DNA of 64,000 nt from Prevotella sp. (GCA_031285625.1 JAITVV010000056.1:139975-203974), one strand, 5' to 3'. Counted from the stretch's first letter, positions 13,413 through 23,997 are shown. Numbers and translations: made by a program. The notes: generated from the letters alone by a model not told the origin.

Positions 13413-13584
13413 ATACTAGTATAATTTTGCCGCCATCGCGCTTTTTTCATAGCGAAACGGCGACAAAATTAGAAATTATTTTTTAGAATCGCAATACTTT
13501 GTAGATTTATTTTTATTGTATTTTCTTTTATCGGATCATTCATTCATTCTCAGCATAGTAGATATGCTTTTCATATTACGATTT

Positions 13585-13884
13585 TTACTTTGTTTGAGCT
13601 TTCTCTTTTGCTTTCAGCACTTGTTTCTCTAAAGCCTCTATACTTTGCACTACAGCCTCTTCGAATGTATCGGCTATTTTATTGGCAAAAAGCTCGCCAT
13701 TTTTAATGTTTAGCTTTATCGAAGCTTCTTTATTATTCGCTACTTCAGGCTTTACTACCTTGAGAATAACTTCAGCATCTACTATCTGATCTGAAAACTT
13801 ATCCAATTTTGATATTTTTTTCTCAATAAACTCTTTCAATTGAGCTGTTGCATCAAAGTGCACTGACTGAATCGCAATATTCAT
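13585..13884 (-). CDS. hpf: Ribosome hibernation promoting factor (HPF/RaiA)
   Basis: 99 aa with IQSVHFDA...KL.KF...FEEA pattern. Conserved Bacteroidetes rpsU-xerC-hpf order. Confidence 0.9.
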   Translation of the reverse strand: MNIAIQSVHFDATAQLKEFIEKKISKLDKFSDQIVDAEVILKVVKPEVANNKEASIKLNIKNGELFANKIADTFEEAVVQSIEALEKQVLKAKEKAQTK

Positions 13885-13904
13885 AGTTAATCCTCCTTTA
13901 CTTT

Positions 13905-14792
13905 TTAAGCTCTGGGATGAGCTTTGTTATAAATCTTCTTTAATTCTTCAAATGAAGTATGTGTGTATATTTCTGTAGCCGCAAGGCTTGAATGTCCTAA
14001 TAGTTCTTTCACCGCATTTATATCCGCACCGTTATTTAACATCCCTGTAGCAAATGAATGCCTGAGGACATGGGGACTGGTTTTTGACAATGTGGGTATC
14101 TGATTCAGACTCTCTGTAACGATACGATGCACAAGCATTGGATAAAGCGCCTCTCCATCATTTTTAACAAAGAAGCAACCTGATCCATTCACAATCTCAT
14201 TATCCCTGACTTCAATATATTGGCGCAATAACGATTTCATGCTATCGCTTATCGGTATCAGCCGCTGCTTATTCCGCTTTCCTGTCACTTGTATTGTTCC
14301 TGCACTGAAATCTACATCGACATCTTTCAGTCCGATTAATTCAGCACGCCGGATACCTGTTACATAAAACAGCTCTATCATAATATGGTTTCGCAAGGAT
14401 TCAAATGTATCTTCAACATTACTTTCGTCCAGAACTTTATCCATATCGGAGTTATTTACGAAGGAAGGGAGCGGCTTAGTTATTTTCGGTCCACTGATCT
14501 TTTTCACCGGATTAGATTGCACCTCCCCTATTCTCAATAAATATTTATAGAATGATTTTAACGCACTTAATTTGCGATTAACCGAACGCGCCGAGATCTT
14601 GACCTCCATCAGGGAAACAATCCACATGCGAACAATATCGCCATCTACCGACTTAGTATCTGCTTCGGGAAAATGTTCTGCGAGAAAAGCTGTGAACTGC
14701 CGCAGGTCTTCAGAATAAGAAATCTCCGTATGTAAAGAATAGTTCTTTTCATAACGGAGATACTTGATATATTTGTCAATTAACAGCATCAT
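13905..14792 (-). CDS. xerC: Tyrosine recombinase XerC
   Basis: TGIRRAEL, HVLRHSFAT and LLGH...TEIYTH catalytic motifs in the housekeeping context. Confidence 0.88.
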   Translation of the reverse strand: MMLLIDKYIKYLRYEKNYSLHTEISYSEDLRQFTAFLAEHFPEADTKSVDGDIVRMWIVSLMEVKISARSVNRKLSALKSFYKYLLRIGEVQSNPVKKISGPKITKPLPSFVNNSDMDKVLDESNVEDTFESLRNHIMIELFYVTGIRRAELIGLKDVDVDFSAGTIQVTGKRNKQRLIPISDSMKSLLRQYIEVRDNEIVNGSGCFFVKNDGEALYPMLVHRIVTESLNQIPTLSKTSPHVLRHSFATGMLNNGADINAVKELLGHSSLAATEIYTHTSFEELKKIYNKAHPRA

Positions 14793-14855
14793 TCTACCGA
14801 GTTTCTATCCTGAATGACGAAGTTAATAATATTATGCGAAAATGACAATTATTTT

Positions 14856-15047
14856 TTAATCTTCTAAGCGGTGCATTTGCTCTACATAAACTGCATGCAA
14901 TCTGCGTTCTCTTTTCACCACTGATGGCTTACGGAACTCCTGACGTCTTCTCAGTTCTTTAACAACACCTGTTTTTTCGTATTTTCTTTTAAATTTCTTC
15001 AGCGCTTTTTCAATATTTTCGCCTTCTTTTAATGGAACAATAATCAT
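14856..15047 (-). CDS. rpsU: 30S ribosomal protein S21
   Basis: 63 aa, ENIEKALKKFKRK...KPSV. Confidence 0.97.
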   Translation of the reverse strand: MIIVPLKEGENIEKALKKFKRKYEKTGVVKELRRRQEFRKPSVVKRERRLHAVYVEQMHRLED

Positions 15048-15289
15048 AATTATTTTTTATTTTATTTGTTTATTTTAATTCAATTTAATCAAGGTCGAAC
15101 CAATCTGGCTCTTATTCAAAAAAAAACAATTCAAGTATTTGGCATAAAAATCCTTTGAACACTGTATAGATAACAGCATCAAACATTCAGTAAATATGTT
15201 TTAGTTCAAAAGATCATCAAACCTCCTCTCTATTTTGGGGTGCAAATTTATGATTTAATATCTTAATGTACAAGACTTTTTAAAACTTT

Positions 15290-15751
15290 CTATTCTTTTT
15301 TCATTTGAATATGTGGTATACCATCCTCCAGGTACATCTCACTTGTTTGCTTAAATCCATGACTCTCATAGAATTTTTTCAGATACAATTGCCCCGAAAT
15401 TGTTATTTTGGTTTCCCCCAATACAGATGCCTCAATATCTATCGCTTTTGTCATCATTTCATGACCATATCCATATTTACGATATTCCTGAGCGACGATA
15501 ACCCTCCCGATGCTAGCTTCTTCAAAATAACCTCCTGCTTTGAACAGGCGACAATATGCAATAAGTTTACCATCTACATAACCACTAAGATGTAAAGCTT
15601 TCTGATCCTTGTAGTCTATATCCAGATATGGTGCATTCTGTTCAATTACAAATATTTTACAACGCAAATGTAATATTTCGTAAAGTTCATCCCTTGTGAG
15701 TTCCTCATAAGAACTCAATTTCCATGATATTTCTTTTTTCATATTTTTCAA
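15290..15751 (-). CDS. elaA: ElaA-family GNAT acetyltransferase
   Basis: LRCKIFVIEQ, IGRV, FYESHGF and YLEDGIPHI motifs. Confidence 0.85.
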   Translation of the reverse strand: MKNMKKEISWKLSSYEELTRDELYEILHLRCKIFVIEQNAPYLDIDYKDQKALHLSGYVDGKLIAYCRLFKAGGYFEEASIGRVIVAQEYRKYGYGHEMMTKAIDIEASVLGETKITISGQLYLKKFYESHGFKQTSEMYLEDGIPHIQMKKE

Positions 15752-16209
15752 ATAATTTTATAGCGCATTATAAATCATCATTTTATCAACAAGCAAATGA
15801 TTACCGAAAGCCACGCTATAGAAATAGAATCAAGTATAATTAAAATGTGACAAAAGTAGTTTATAAATTCTGTAATCAACAAGCTTCATTCATATCTTTT
15901 CATATAATATCGATTCTTAAAATATTCAGAGAAAATACAGAAGGTGTACCATTATCTGTCTTCAATGCCCTTATATGTTATATTGCTTTACTTTTTCCTT
16001 AAGTTATAAAGATAGAAAAAACAAACAAAAACCTGTTCTATCTGTTCTATGAGTGATGTAAAATATTTATATATGACTAATTAATGGAGAGAATGTAATA
16101 TCTTTGCAAGCTAATTATATGCTGTCAGTTTTCAACTGATAGTATTAAGTAAAATACAGAAAACTAACAGCTAATAGCTAAATGCTATCAGCTAAAATAA
16201 ACAACAATC

Positions 16210-17667
16210 ATGCAAGAAACTCAAGATAAAATTTTAGAAGATGTTACCTCCAGCGATTATAAGTATGGTTTTGTAACAGACATTGAGACAGAAGTCATTC
16301 CCACAGGTCTGAATGAAGATGTTGTCCGACTGATTTCGGCAAAGAAGAATGAGCCTGAGTGGATGCTCGAATTTCGCCTGAAGGCATACCACCACTGGCT
16401 GACGATGGAGGCTCCACAATGGGCGCATCTGGAAATACCTGAAATAGATTACCAGAGCATCAGCTACTACGCTGCCCCTAAAAAGAAAGACGGGCCTAAG
16501 AGCCTGGATGAAGTAGACCCTGAGTTATTGAAGACTTTCGATAAGCTGGGTGTTCCGCTTCACGAACGCGAACTACTGGCAGGAGTACAAAATATGGCTG
16601 TAGATGCTGTAGTAGACAGCGTTTCGGTAAAAACAACATTCAAGGAAGTACTGGCCGAAAAGGGTATTATATTCTGCTCGTTCAGCGAGGCAGTACAGGA
16701 ATATCCCGAACTGGTAAAGAAATACCTAGGCTCGGTAGTTCCGTACAGGGATAATTTCTTTGGTGCGCTAAATTCCGCAGTGTTTAGTGACGGTTCATTC
16801 GTATATATCCCCAAGGATGTACGCTGCCCGATGGAGTTGTCTACTTATTTCCGTATCAATGCGGCTAATACAGGACAGTTTGAGCGCACATTGATTGTTG
16901 CCGACGATAATGCTTATGTAAGTTATCTCGAAGGCTGTACAGCGCCTATGCGTGACGAGAACCAATTGCATGCTGCCATAGTGGAGATCATAGCACTCGA
17001 CCATGCGGAAGTGAAATATTCAACCGTACAGAACTGGTATCCGGGCGATAAGGAAGGTAAGGGAGGGATTTACAACTTCGTTACCAAGCGCGGATTATGC
17101 AAGGGAAAAGGCTCGAAAATATCGTGGACTCAAGTAGAGACAGGTTCTGCCATTACATGGAAATATCCGTCTTGCATCCTGGCAGGAGACGATTCGATAG
17201 GCGAATTCTATTCTGTGGCTGTAACCAACAATTACCAGCAGGCTGATACAGGTACCAAAATGGTGCATGTAGGAAAGAATACAAAAAGCCGCATCGTATC
17301 GAAGGGTATTTCGGCAGGATTCAGCCAGAACTCATACAGAGGGCTTGTAAAAGTCTCTCCAAAGGCCGAAGGAGCACGTAACCACTCACAGTGCGACAGT
17401 TTGTTGCTGGGCGACAAGTGCGGTGCGCATACATTCCCTTATTCGGATATTGCCAATCCGAGTGCTATTATCGAGCATGAGGCTACCACCTCAAAAATCA
17501 GTGAAGACCAGATACTGTACTGTAACCAGCGTGGCATAGGTACGGAAGAGGCTGTAGGACTGATTGTAAACGGTTATGCCAAAGAGGTGATGCAAAACCT
17601 GCCAATGGAGTTTGCTGTAGAAGCTCAGAAGCTATTGCAGATAAGCCTGGAGGGTAGTGTAGGATAA
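16210..17667 (+). CDS. sufB: Fe-S cluster assembly protein SufB
   Basis: [14 protein letters not shown] and EHEATTSKI motifs. -7 box TATCTTTG at 16099-16106. Confidence 0.97.
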   Translation: MQETQDKILEDVTSSDYKYGFVTDIETEVIPTGLNEDVVRLISAKKNEPEWMLEFRLKAYHHWLTMEAPQWAHLEIPEIDYQSISYYAAPKKKDGPKSLDEVDPELLKTFDKLGVPLHERELLAGVQNMAVDAVVDSVSVKTTFKEVLAEKGIIFCSFSEAVQEYPELVKKYLGSVVPYRDNFFGALNSAVFSDGSFVYIPKDVRCPMELSTYFRINAANTGQFERTLIVADDNAYVSYLEGCTAPMRDENQLHAAIVEIIALDHAEVKYSTVQNWYPGDKEGKGGIYNFVTKRGLCKGKGSKISWTQVETGSAITWKYPSCILAGDDSIGEFYSVAVTNNYQQADTGTKMVHVGKNTKSRIVSKGISAGFSQNSYRGLVKVSPKAEGARNHSQCDSLLLGDKCGAHTFPYSDIANPSAIIEHEATTSKISEDQILYCNQRGIGTEEAVGLIVNGYAKEVMQNLPMEFAVEAQKLLQISLEGSVG

Positions 17668-17688
17668 AAGAAATAGTATAAGAATAAG

Positions 17689-17720
17689 AAAAGACGGTTT
17701 TCTCACCGTCTTTTTGTTTT
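17689..17720. terminator. Bidirectional terminator after sufB
   Basis: aaaagacggt/accgtctttt stem flanked by A- and T-runs. Confidence 0.8.
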
Positions 17721-18145
17721 TAATATAATTTCCAGGTTTTTCCATCATCCAGACTGACAATCTCCTTGTCGTCCTTTATCAAAAAAGAAATGACAGGTGG
17801 TGTTTCAATTGGCATTTCCACTTCGATGGTTATTGTATCGCCTTTGATATTGTACGTTGCAGGCAACATAATATCAGTCATCATATAAGCAACAGTACCG
17901 TCTTTATACAAAGTAATTGTTTGAGAGCAATTTGCATAAAACTGTTTTTGGAATTCTTCACACTCCTCTACTGTTTTAAAGAAATCATACTTGTATCTCC
18001 TGTCCTCAGCGAAGTAATTGCCTTTGTCTTTATTTTCTTCCTCATCAATAATTTCTGTATCATCTTCGTTATCCTTATCATTACTGCATGCCGGAAGATA
18101 AGAAAGAGCAAATAGCATAAACAGCATATAAAAAGTTTGTTTCAT
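17720..18145 (-). CDS. Hypothetical lipoprotein
   Basis: Lipobox-like LPAC followed by acidic SNDKD residues. Confidence 0.7.
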   Translation of the reverse strand: MKQTFYMLFMLFALSYLPACSNDKDNEDDTEIIDEEENKDKGNYFAEDRRYKYDFFKTVEECEEFQKQFYANCSQTITLYKDGTVAYMMTDIMLPATYNIKGDTITIEVEMPIETPPVISFLIKDDKEIVSLDDGKTWKLY

Positions 18146-18307
18146 AATATTATTGCATTAAAGTTTATGTGAATATAAAGCCGAAGATAAAAAAAAGTTT
18201 CATTCAAACTCTTTTTTATATATATAATTTTATACGATGTAAAAATCAGATATACAATTATTTCTGTAGTCTATGTCAATCCCTTCCTCATGAGATGTGA
18301 TTAATGG

Positions 18308-18886
18308 TCAGAACTTCTTCAACTCCCTGTACAATCGCTGTATAGGCAGCCCCATAATATTGAAGTAAGAACCGGATATATATTCTACAGCGATATAACC
18401 TATCCACTCCTGTACACCGTATGCCCCCGCTTTATCCAGTGGTTTATATTTGGTTACATAGTAGTCAATCTCGTCGCTATCCAGTGTAGCGAAACGAACT
18501 TCAGATGATACGGCGAATGCTTTTTGCTTTTGCTTGGTAGTGATACACACCCCTGTTATTACCTGATGTATTTTTCCGGACAGGTCATGGAGCATTTGTT
18601 TTGCATGCGCTTCATCTACAGGCTTGCCGTATACTTTACCTTCCAGCAATACGATTGTATCGGCTGTGATAAGCAGTGTATCATCAGCCAGCTTGTCAAG
18701 ATAAGCATTTGCTTTTTCCTTTGCTATGTAGGTAGCAATGTCTTCACCTTGTAGTTCAATGGGATAAGATTCGTCTATATCCGGCAGGGTCTTTATCTGG
18801 TAAGGTATATCCAGCCCTGTAAGCAGTTCTTTTCTGCGGGGCGAGTTGGATGCAAGTATAATTTTGTATTGCGATAGGTCCAGCAT
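18308..18886 (-). CDS. maf: Maf-family nucleotide pyrophosphatase
   Basis: ILASNSPRRKELL, ITADTIV and DKAGAYG motifs. Confidence 0.95.
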   Translation of the reverse strand: MLDLSQYKIILASNSPRRKELLTGLDIPYQIKTLPDIDESYPIELQGEDIATYIAKEKANAYLDKLADDTLLITADTIVLLEGKVYGKPVDEAHAKQMLHDLSGKIHQVITGVCITTKQKQKAFAVSSEVRFATLDSDEIDYYVTKYKPLDKAGAYGVQEWIGYIAVEYISGSYFNIMGLPIQRLYRELKKF

Positions 18887-19345
18887 TTACATGAAGTTAT
18901 GGTAATTCTCAAGTTCGAGTAGCAGGAGTTTAATATCCGTTCCGTATGCATATCCACCCAGTTTTCCACCTTCATTTACTACACGGTGACATGGCACAAT
19001 TATTGCAATATTATTCTTACCATTGGCAGCACCTACTGCACGGCAGCCTTTAGGCGAACCTATTGCAATGGCCTCATCTTTATAAGAAACTGTTTTTCCA
19101 TAGGGGATCGTACTTAAATAATCCCAAACTTTTTGCTGAAAAGGTGTTCCTGATTGTTTTAGAGGTAAGTCGAAGTCTTTTCTTTTCCCATCAAAGTATT
19201 CTTCGAGCTGCTCGACAGCTTTGGCTAGTATTTTGTTTGTACTACTTTCTCCTATCTCTTGTGCAACGACTCTAACAGAAGAAATATAGCCATCAGTCTC
19301 TTCTATTTCGAGTACTCCGACGGGAGATTGTAAAAAAGCCTTCAT
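18887..19345 (-). CDS. ogt: Methylated-DNA-protein-cysteine methyltransferase
   Basis: IVPCHRVV active site and GTPFQQKVW. Start ambiguous (19345 or 19375). Confidence 0.93.
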   Translation of the reverse strand: MKAFLQSPVGVLEIEETDGYISSVRVVAQEIGESSTNKILAKAVEQLEEYFDGKRKDFDLPLKQSGTPFQQKVWDYLSTIPYGKTVSYKDEAIAIGSPKGCRAVGAANGKNNIAIIVPCHRVVNEGGKLGGYAYGTDIKLLLLELENYHNFM

Positions 19346-20363
19346 TTTTTTTCTTTGATTTGGGTTTATTTTCATATTTAGACCAACTCCAGTTTATCAT
19401 CTGTCGAAGTCTTTTGAGAAATCGTTTAGAAGGTTTATCCCTGAGATAAGATTCGATATGCCTTTTTTTCTTCTCCTCCAATATTTCATCCACATTGATA
19501 AGAATTCCTGTCTCTTCCACATTACCGAATGTATCATTTATTGCGGTTCCAAATACTTTCATTTGTGGAGACAAACTCATATATGCATTTACCAGAGGGG
19601 GAATATTTAAATCTAATTTACGGACAGAAGTATTTAATATCTTGTAGTCTGCTTTAAAAGTTTCTCCATCAAAAAGCTTTTTTAGTTTTTTTCTGTCCGT
19701 TTCGATATTCAGAGCCTGCTTTGGCCAGATCAATGTATCCGGATCAGGAAAATACTTATTTAGAAAAAACAGTATCATATCCCTGGCTTTGGTATTGTAG
19801 GTATCATACATAGTAACCTTACCAAAAAAATATTTCATAGACGGATCTGCAACTGACAATGCTCCTAATCCATCCCAAAGATTATCTAAGGCAAAGATAC
19901 CTTTAGATCCTGCCAGCGTAGACTGATATTCGAGAGTAACGAATGAGCGTCCTAATTCAAATGTATATGGAAGGTATTCCTTAATAAATTTTTTAGAAAA
20001 GTGGAAAAGATGGGACGTTGCCAAAACCGGTTCGCCATTTTTATCAAAACAGATATCGGGCCCGCAAATGAAACGATATCCTCCGATTATCTCTTCAGCC
20101 TCAGGGTTCCATACAATTAGCTGTTTGTATGGGTTATCCATTATATCATATTCATCTATATCTATTGCTTTGCCTGTACCCCCTCCATAATATCGGAAAG
20201 CAATCTCACGCAAACGTCCGATTTCCAGCATCACATTCGGAGAATTATGATGGGTGATTATATAGATCTCATTGTTAGCCTTATTAGTATGCCTCAGAAA
20301 TTTATCTTTGGTCAATTCGGCTTTCAATAAAGTCTTATTAACAGGTGCGATGATTGTTTCCAT
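19293..20363 (-). CDS. glsB: Glycine-lipid N-acyltransferase (GNAT, 'hemolysin A'/GlsB-like)
   Basis: EIGRLREIAFR, ELGRSFV and IPPLVNAYM motifs of the OlsB-like family, paired with an upstream acyltransferase as in Bacteroides glsAB. Confidence 0.75.
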   Translation of the reverse strand: METIIAPVNKTLLKAELTKDKFLRHTNKANNEIYIITHHNSPNVMLEIGRLREIAFRYYGGGTGKAIDIDEYDIMDNPYKQLIVWNPEAEEIIGGYRFICGPDICFDKNGEPVLATSHLFHFSKKFIKEYLPYTFELGRSFVTLEYQSTLAGSKGIFALDNLWDGLGALSVADPSMKYFFGKVTMYDTYNTKARDMILFFLNKYFPDPDTLIWPKQALNIETDRKKLKKLFDGETFKADYKILNTSVRKLDLNIPPLVNAYMSLSPQMKVFGTAINDTFGNVEETGILINVDEILEEKKKRHIESYLRDKPSKRFLKRLRQMINWSWSKYENKPKSKKKNEGFFTISRRSTRNRRD

Positions 20364-20369
20364 CTATTA

Positions 20370-21197
20370 TTATTTTGTTTTCGCCAGATTGTATGATTTT
20401 TCTTTAACATATTCAGCCCATTCTGAAATGCTCCTCGAATTATCGAAATGCGAATAAGGAATAGGTTCTCCAAATATTACAGAAAAACGTTTATTTTTAT
20501 TTTTAAACATCTCATCAGGCAAAAGGATCAATTCAATATTGAATTTTATGCCCAGACGTTTTCTTATATTTGCAAATCTATAAAAGAAATTTGAATTTTT
20601 CCCTTCAAAGTGTATAGGAACGATATCTCTTTTAGATTCTATAGCTTTTAATATGAAATTCTTTTGCCAGTCCAAATCATATATTTTTCCATTCACCCGA
20701 CGTGAACATAACCCTGCCGGAAAGGTAATAATCTGATTGTCCGAATTATATGCTTCATTTAACGTAGTAGTTGCCTGCTTCGATTGACGTCCGTATTTAT
20801 TAACCGGCAGAAATATGGGTTGCAGATTTTTTATAAAATAGAGCACATCATTTACTACATACTTAATCTTTTTATTAAACTGCTTACCAATTACAGCAGA
20901 CAAACAAATACCATCAAGCCCGCCTAAGGGATGATTGGATGCAAAGATATATCTTCCGCTCCCTTGTATATTTTCTGCACCGGATAAATCTAAAGTAAGA
21001 TTGAAATACCCCACAACAGCTTCCATAAAGTCTACCCCCTGTTTATCCGCATAAATAGTGAGTATCTCATTTAATTCATTCAAGTGAATCTTACGTTTCA
21101 GGTAATTTATAACAAAGCGAGGAGTCTTATTATAAATTTGAGGGGCTTTCTCTTTTAATACCTTATCTAAGTCCAGTATCTGAGGTTCTTGGTTCAT
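20370..21197 (-). CDS. glsA: Glycine-lipid O-acyltransferase (PlsC-like/GlsA-like)
   Basis: NHPLGGLDG and FPAG motifs. Start moved to ATG 21197; -7 box at 21225-21232. Confidence 0.72.
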   Translation of the reverse strand: MNQEPQILDLDKVLKEKAPQIYNKTPRFVINYLKRKIHLNELNEILTIYADKQGVDFMEAVVGYFNLTLDLSGAENIQGSGRYIFASNHPLGGLDGICLSAVIGKQFNKKIKYVVNDVLYFIKNLQPIFLPVNKYGRQSKQATTTLNEAYNSDNQIITFPAGLCSRRVNGKIYDLDWQKNFILKAIESKRDIVPIHFEGKNSNFFYRFANIRKRLGIKFNIELILLPDEMFKNKNKRFSVIFGEPIPYSHFDNSRSISEWAEYVKEKSYNLAKTK

Positions 21198-21390
21198 TCT
21201 CGAATTATCATATCCTTTCGAATGCAAAAATATTAATTAAAATCCATAATCAGGCTATTCTAATGTAATAACATGAGATACAACAGGAAAATATTATGTT
21301 ATTATGACATTATATTTAAAAAAATCTAAATAATAACTTCAATAGATTTAATCTATTATTTTTGTCATCAGATAATAATTATAAACCAAA

Positions 21391-21807
21391 ATGAAGAATA
21401 AACTATTTATACCACTTATGCTCGTCTTACTATTTTCGTATAGTATGAATGTATCAGCTACAACAACAGATGAGCCTAAAAATGATAAATCACCTATAAT
21501 AACTCTTACATCATCGAACTATGATAAAGAAATAAACGGAGGTTTGGTTTTTGTAGATTTCTGGGCACCATGGTGCGGCCCTTGTCGCCGGATGGCTCCT
21601 ATACTGGATGAAATAGCAAAGGAATATAAAGATAAGGTAAAGATAGGGAAGATGAACGTGGATAATTACAAGAAATTCGCATTAGATAAAGGCATACAAG
21701 CATTACCCACTATTGTTGTATATAAAGATGGTAAGGAAATTACCAGAATAAAAGGATTAGCATCCAAAAATGAATTAGTTGAGGTTATTACCGAGAACAC
21801 AAAATAA
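21391..21807 (+). CDS. Exported thioredoxin
   Basis: Signal peptide plus DFWAPWCGPC. Confidence 0.92.
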   Translation: MKNKLFIPLMLVLLFSYSMNVSATTTDEPKNDKSPIITLTSSNYDKEINGGLVFVDFWAPWCGPCRRMAPILDEIAKEYKDKVKIGKMNVDNYKKFALDKGIQALPTIVVYKDGKEITRIKGLASKNELVEVITENTK

Positions 21808-21826
21808 GTTGAATAATTCATCTTAT

Positions 21827-23164
21827 TTAGTACATCTGTAACGACTCCCATATAAAAAGCTCTATTGCTTTCCGGGTACTCTCTGGCAAGTCTTGGTAAC
21901 TAATGCTGCGGTATGTATTGTTTGCCAGACGTATAAGAAGATTGTCTAAATCGGGTTTTTGCATTGATGTCGGTTTTGCTTTAGCAGGTATATTATTATC
22001 TATAAGTTCTGAGTATAATTTGTAAGAACGGGAATTCCAAACGCATCTAAAGTGGAAATTAGTGTTACCTTTCTTTTTAAAGTCATGTACTTTTACCATT
22101 GGCATCCCATAGTTCTGTACATTAAACTCTTTATACTTTTCGCTAGTAGTATTAAGATCTACTTCAAAATATCCACTCACAGCTCCTCTATCTTTGGCGA
22201 TAGGATAGTGACAGATATCCAAATATAGAGCGCAAATCTGTAGCAATGAGTTGTCAGGAACTGGTTGGTCTAGCTCAGGGTACGCTAAGTCTACCATCTT
22301 CTGTATGGTATTCGGAGAAAATCCTGTACCACCCATATAAGTCCCCTTCAAGTTGTATTCATAACTGTATCTGGCTCTTGCCCACGAAATTTCACGATAG
22401 TTGTCCTGGCTGTGTTTTTTGAGCTTGCTTTCCAGCTTGGCATCTCTTTTGGCATCGTTGGCATAGATGTAACCATCTACATAGATATAGTATAGGGGAT
22501 CAATTCCTTTTATTGTGTGTATTCTTGAGCCTGCACTATGTCTCGACTGTCCCTCTTGCCACAGGTAATCTTTTGGATAGGCAGTATCTCCTTTCAAGTA
22601 CTCAGTAGTTTCTCCGATTTTTTCTCCAAACCATTCCTGTCCTATGCCCTGATCCGAATCTTTGAACTCTGTACGTGTATAAATATTTCCTCTAAACACC
22701 GTTTTGAAAGGCCAGGGATTGTCTGCTATAAATTTTCGTAATCGTTCTGCTTCCTTTTTTTCTTTTTCTTGCCTTTCCTGGTAATCTTGCACATACGATA
22801 GTATTATTTCCTCTTCCTCTTCCGTATTTTTATTAGATGAATATACCTGATAGATTTCTTGCATTGGCAAAACAAAATATTTATCTACACCAATGTCTTT
22901 TATTTTGAATGCACCCAGTATTGTTGTGCCTTCATGTAATACATCTATTCGATAATCTTTTTCTATATAAACAGAGTCAAAATAGTATCCTTTAGCGAAA
23001 TATTGGACGCCCTTAAACTCATAATGAGGTAATCTTATTTCAGGCATAGGATTTGGCCTGTCTTTGAGAATATCTACTGGCGATTTTATTGGTTGGTCTT
23101 TTTGTGCATTTGCCATGTTGCAGAATATTAACATTAGTAAAAGAAAAGCGTGTAGTGTTTTCAT
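21827..23164 (-). CDS. Hypothetical exported protein (445 aa)
   Basis: Long ORF with signal peptide (ANA-Q cleavage). No family recognised. Confidence 0.7.
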   Translation of the reverse strand: MKTLHAFLLLMLIFCNMANAQKDQPIKSPVDILKDRPNPMPEIRLPHYEFKGVQYFAKGYYFDSVYIEKDYRIDVLHEGTTILGAFKIKDIGVDKYFVLPMQEIYQVYSSNKNTEEEEEIILSYVQDYQERQEKEKKEAERLRKFIADNPWPFKTVFRGNIYTRTEFKDSDQGIGQEWFGEKIGETTEYLKGDTAYPKDYLWQEGQSRHSAGSRIHTIKGIDPLYYIYVDGYIYANDAKRDAKLESKLKKHSQDNYREISWARARYSYEYNLKGTYMGGTGFSPNTIQKMVDLAYPELDQPVPDNSLLQICALYLDICHYPIAKDRGAVSGYFEVDLNTTSEKYKEFNVQNYGMPMVKVHDFKKKGNTNFHFRCVWNSRSYKLYSELIDNNIPAKAKPTSMQKPDLDNLLIRLANNTYRSISYQDLPESTRKAIELFIWESLQMY

Positions 23165-23238
23165 TATATGATCTTTGCCAGTTCAGTTAAAGTTTAATAA
23201 TATAAATATAATTATTTTTTCATTTCGCAATATAATAG

Positions 23239-23273
23239 AAAAAGGGCTTCGTGAATATCACGAAGCCCCTTTT
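23239..23273. terminator. Intrinsic terminator
   Basis: 11-bp stem gggcttcgtga/tcacgaagccc with A/T flanks. Confidence 0.85.
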
Positions 23274-23289
23274 ATTTATCTAAATCCGA

Positions 23290-23997
23290 TTATTTCTGGC
23301 CTTTCATTATCATTGCTTCATCAATATACTTGTCTGCTTCCATAGCTGCAGGAGAATTCATGTATTGATCTTTAATGATTGTAAATATTTCTATTACTTT
23401 ATCATAATTGCCCTGACTTCTATATATCAGGCCTGCTTTTTTGTATAAGATAGGACTTTGAGAAACATTATCCACTCCTTTAGCCCCTTTGATATAATAA
23501 GAAACAGCTTCATCTGATTTACCCAGGTTATCCAGGCAGTCTCCAATCGAACCATTCACCAACTGAGAAATAATTTTATCATCCCCACTGTAACCTTTCA
23601 GGTATTCAAGTCCTTTTTCATAGTTACCCATATTAGCGTAACAAATACCTGCATATAGCTTAGCGAGTTTACCTGGTTTGGTCGATCCATATTCATCAGC
23701 AATAGATTCAAATCCAAGATATCCGTTTTTATCACCGTATACCGCTAATGAATCCTGGCCTGCTCTGAAATATTGTTCACCTTTAAACATAGCAACTTGT
23801 GCCTCTGTTGTTTTAGGACCTACAATAAAATGATTATATGCCAGAAAAGCGCATACAACAACAACCACTACGCCAATACCGATCAGTAATTGTTTCTGAT
23901 ATTTCTCTATAAAGCGCTCTGATTCAACAACTGCAGAACCAATACGTTCCCAGTCTTGTTCTTCACGCAATTCAGCTTGTTTCTTTTTAGAAGACAT
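23290..23997 (-). CDS. Membrane-anchored TPR protein (YfgM-like)
   Basis: Single N-proximal TM helix and TPR-like helices (LYAGICY, LYKKAG). Confidence 0.8.
   Translation of the reverse strand: MSSKKKQAELREEQDWERIGSAVVESERFIEKYQKQLLIGIGVVVVVVCAFLAYNHFIVGPKTTEAQVAMFKGEQYFRAGQDSLAVYGDKNGYLGFESIADEYGSTKPGKLAKLYAGICYANMGNYEKGLEYLKGYSGDDKIISQLVNGSIGDCLDNLGKSDEAVSYYIKGAKGVDNVSQSPILYKKAGLIYRSQGNYDKVIEIFTIIKDQYMNSPAAMEADKYIDEAMIMKGQK

Noticed and set aside
13905-14792. Tyrosine recombinase as integrase of the island
   Set aside because: It sits in the conserved rpsU-xerC-hpf context, so it is housekeeping XerC.
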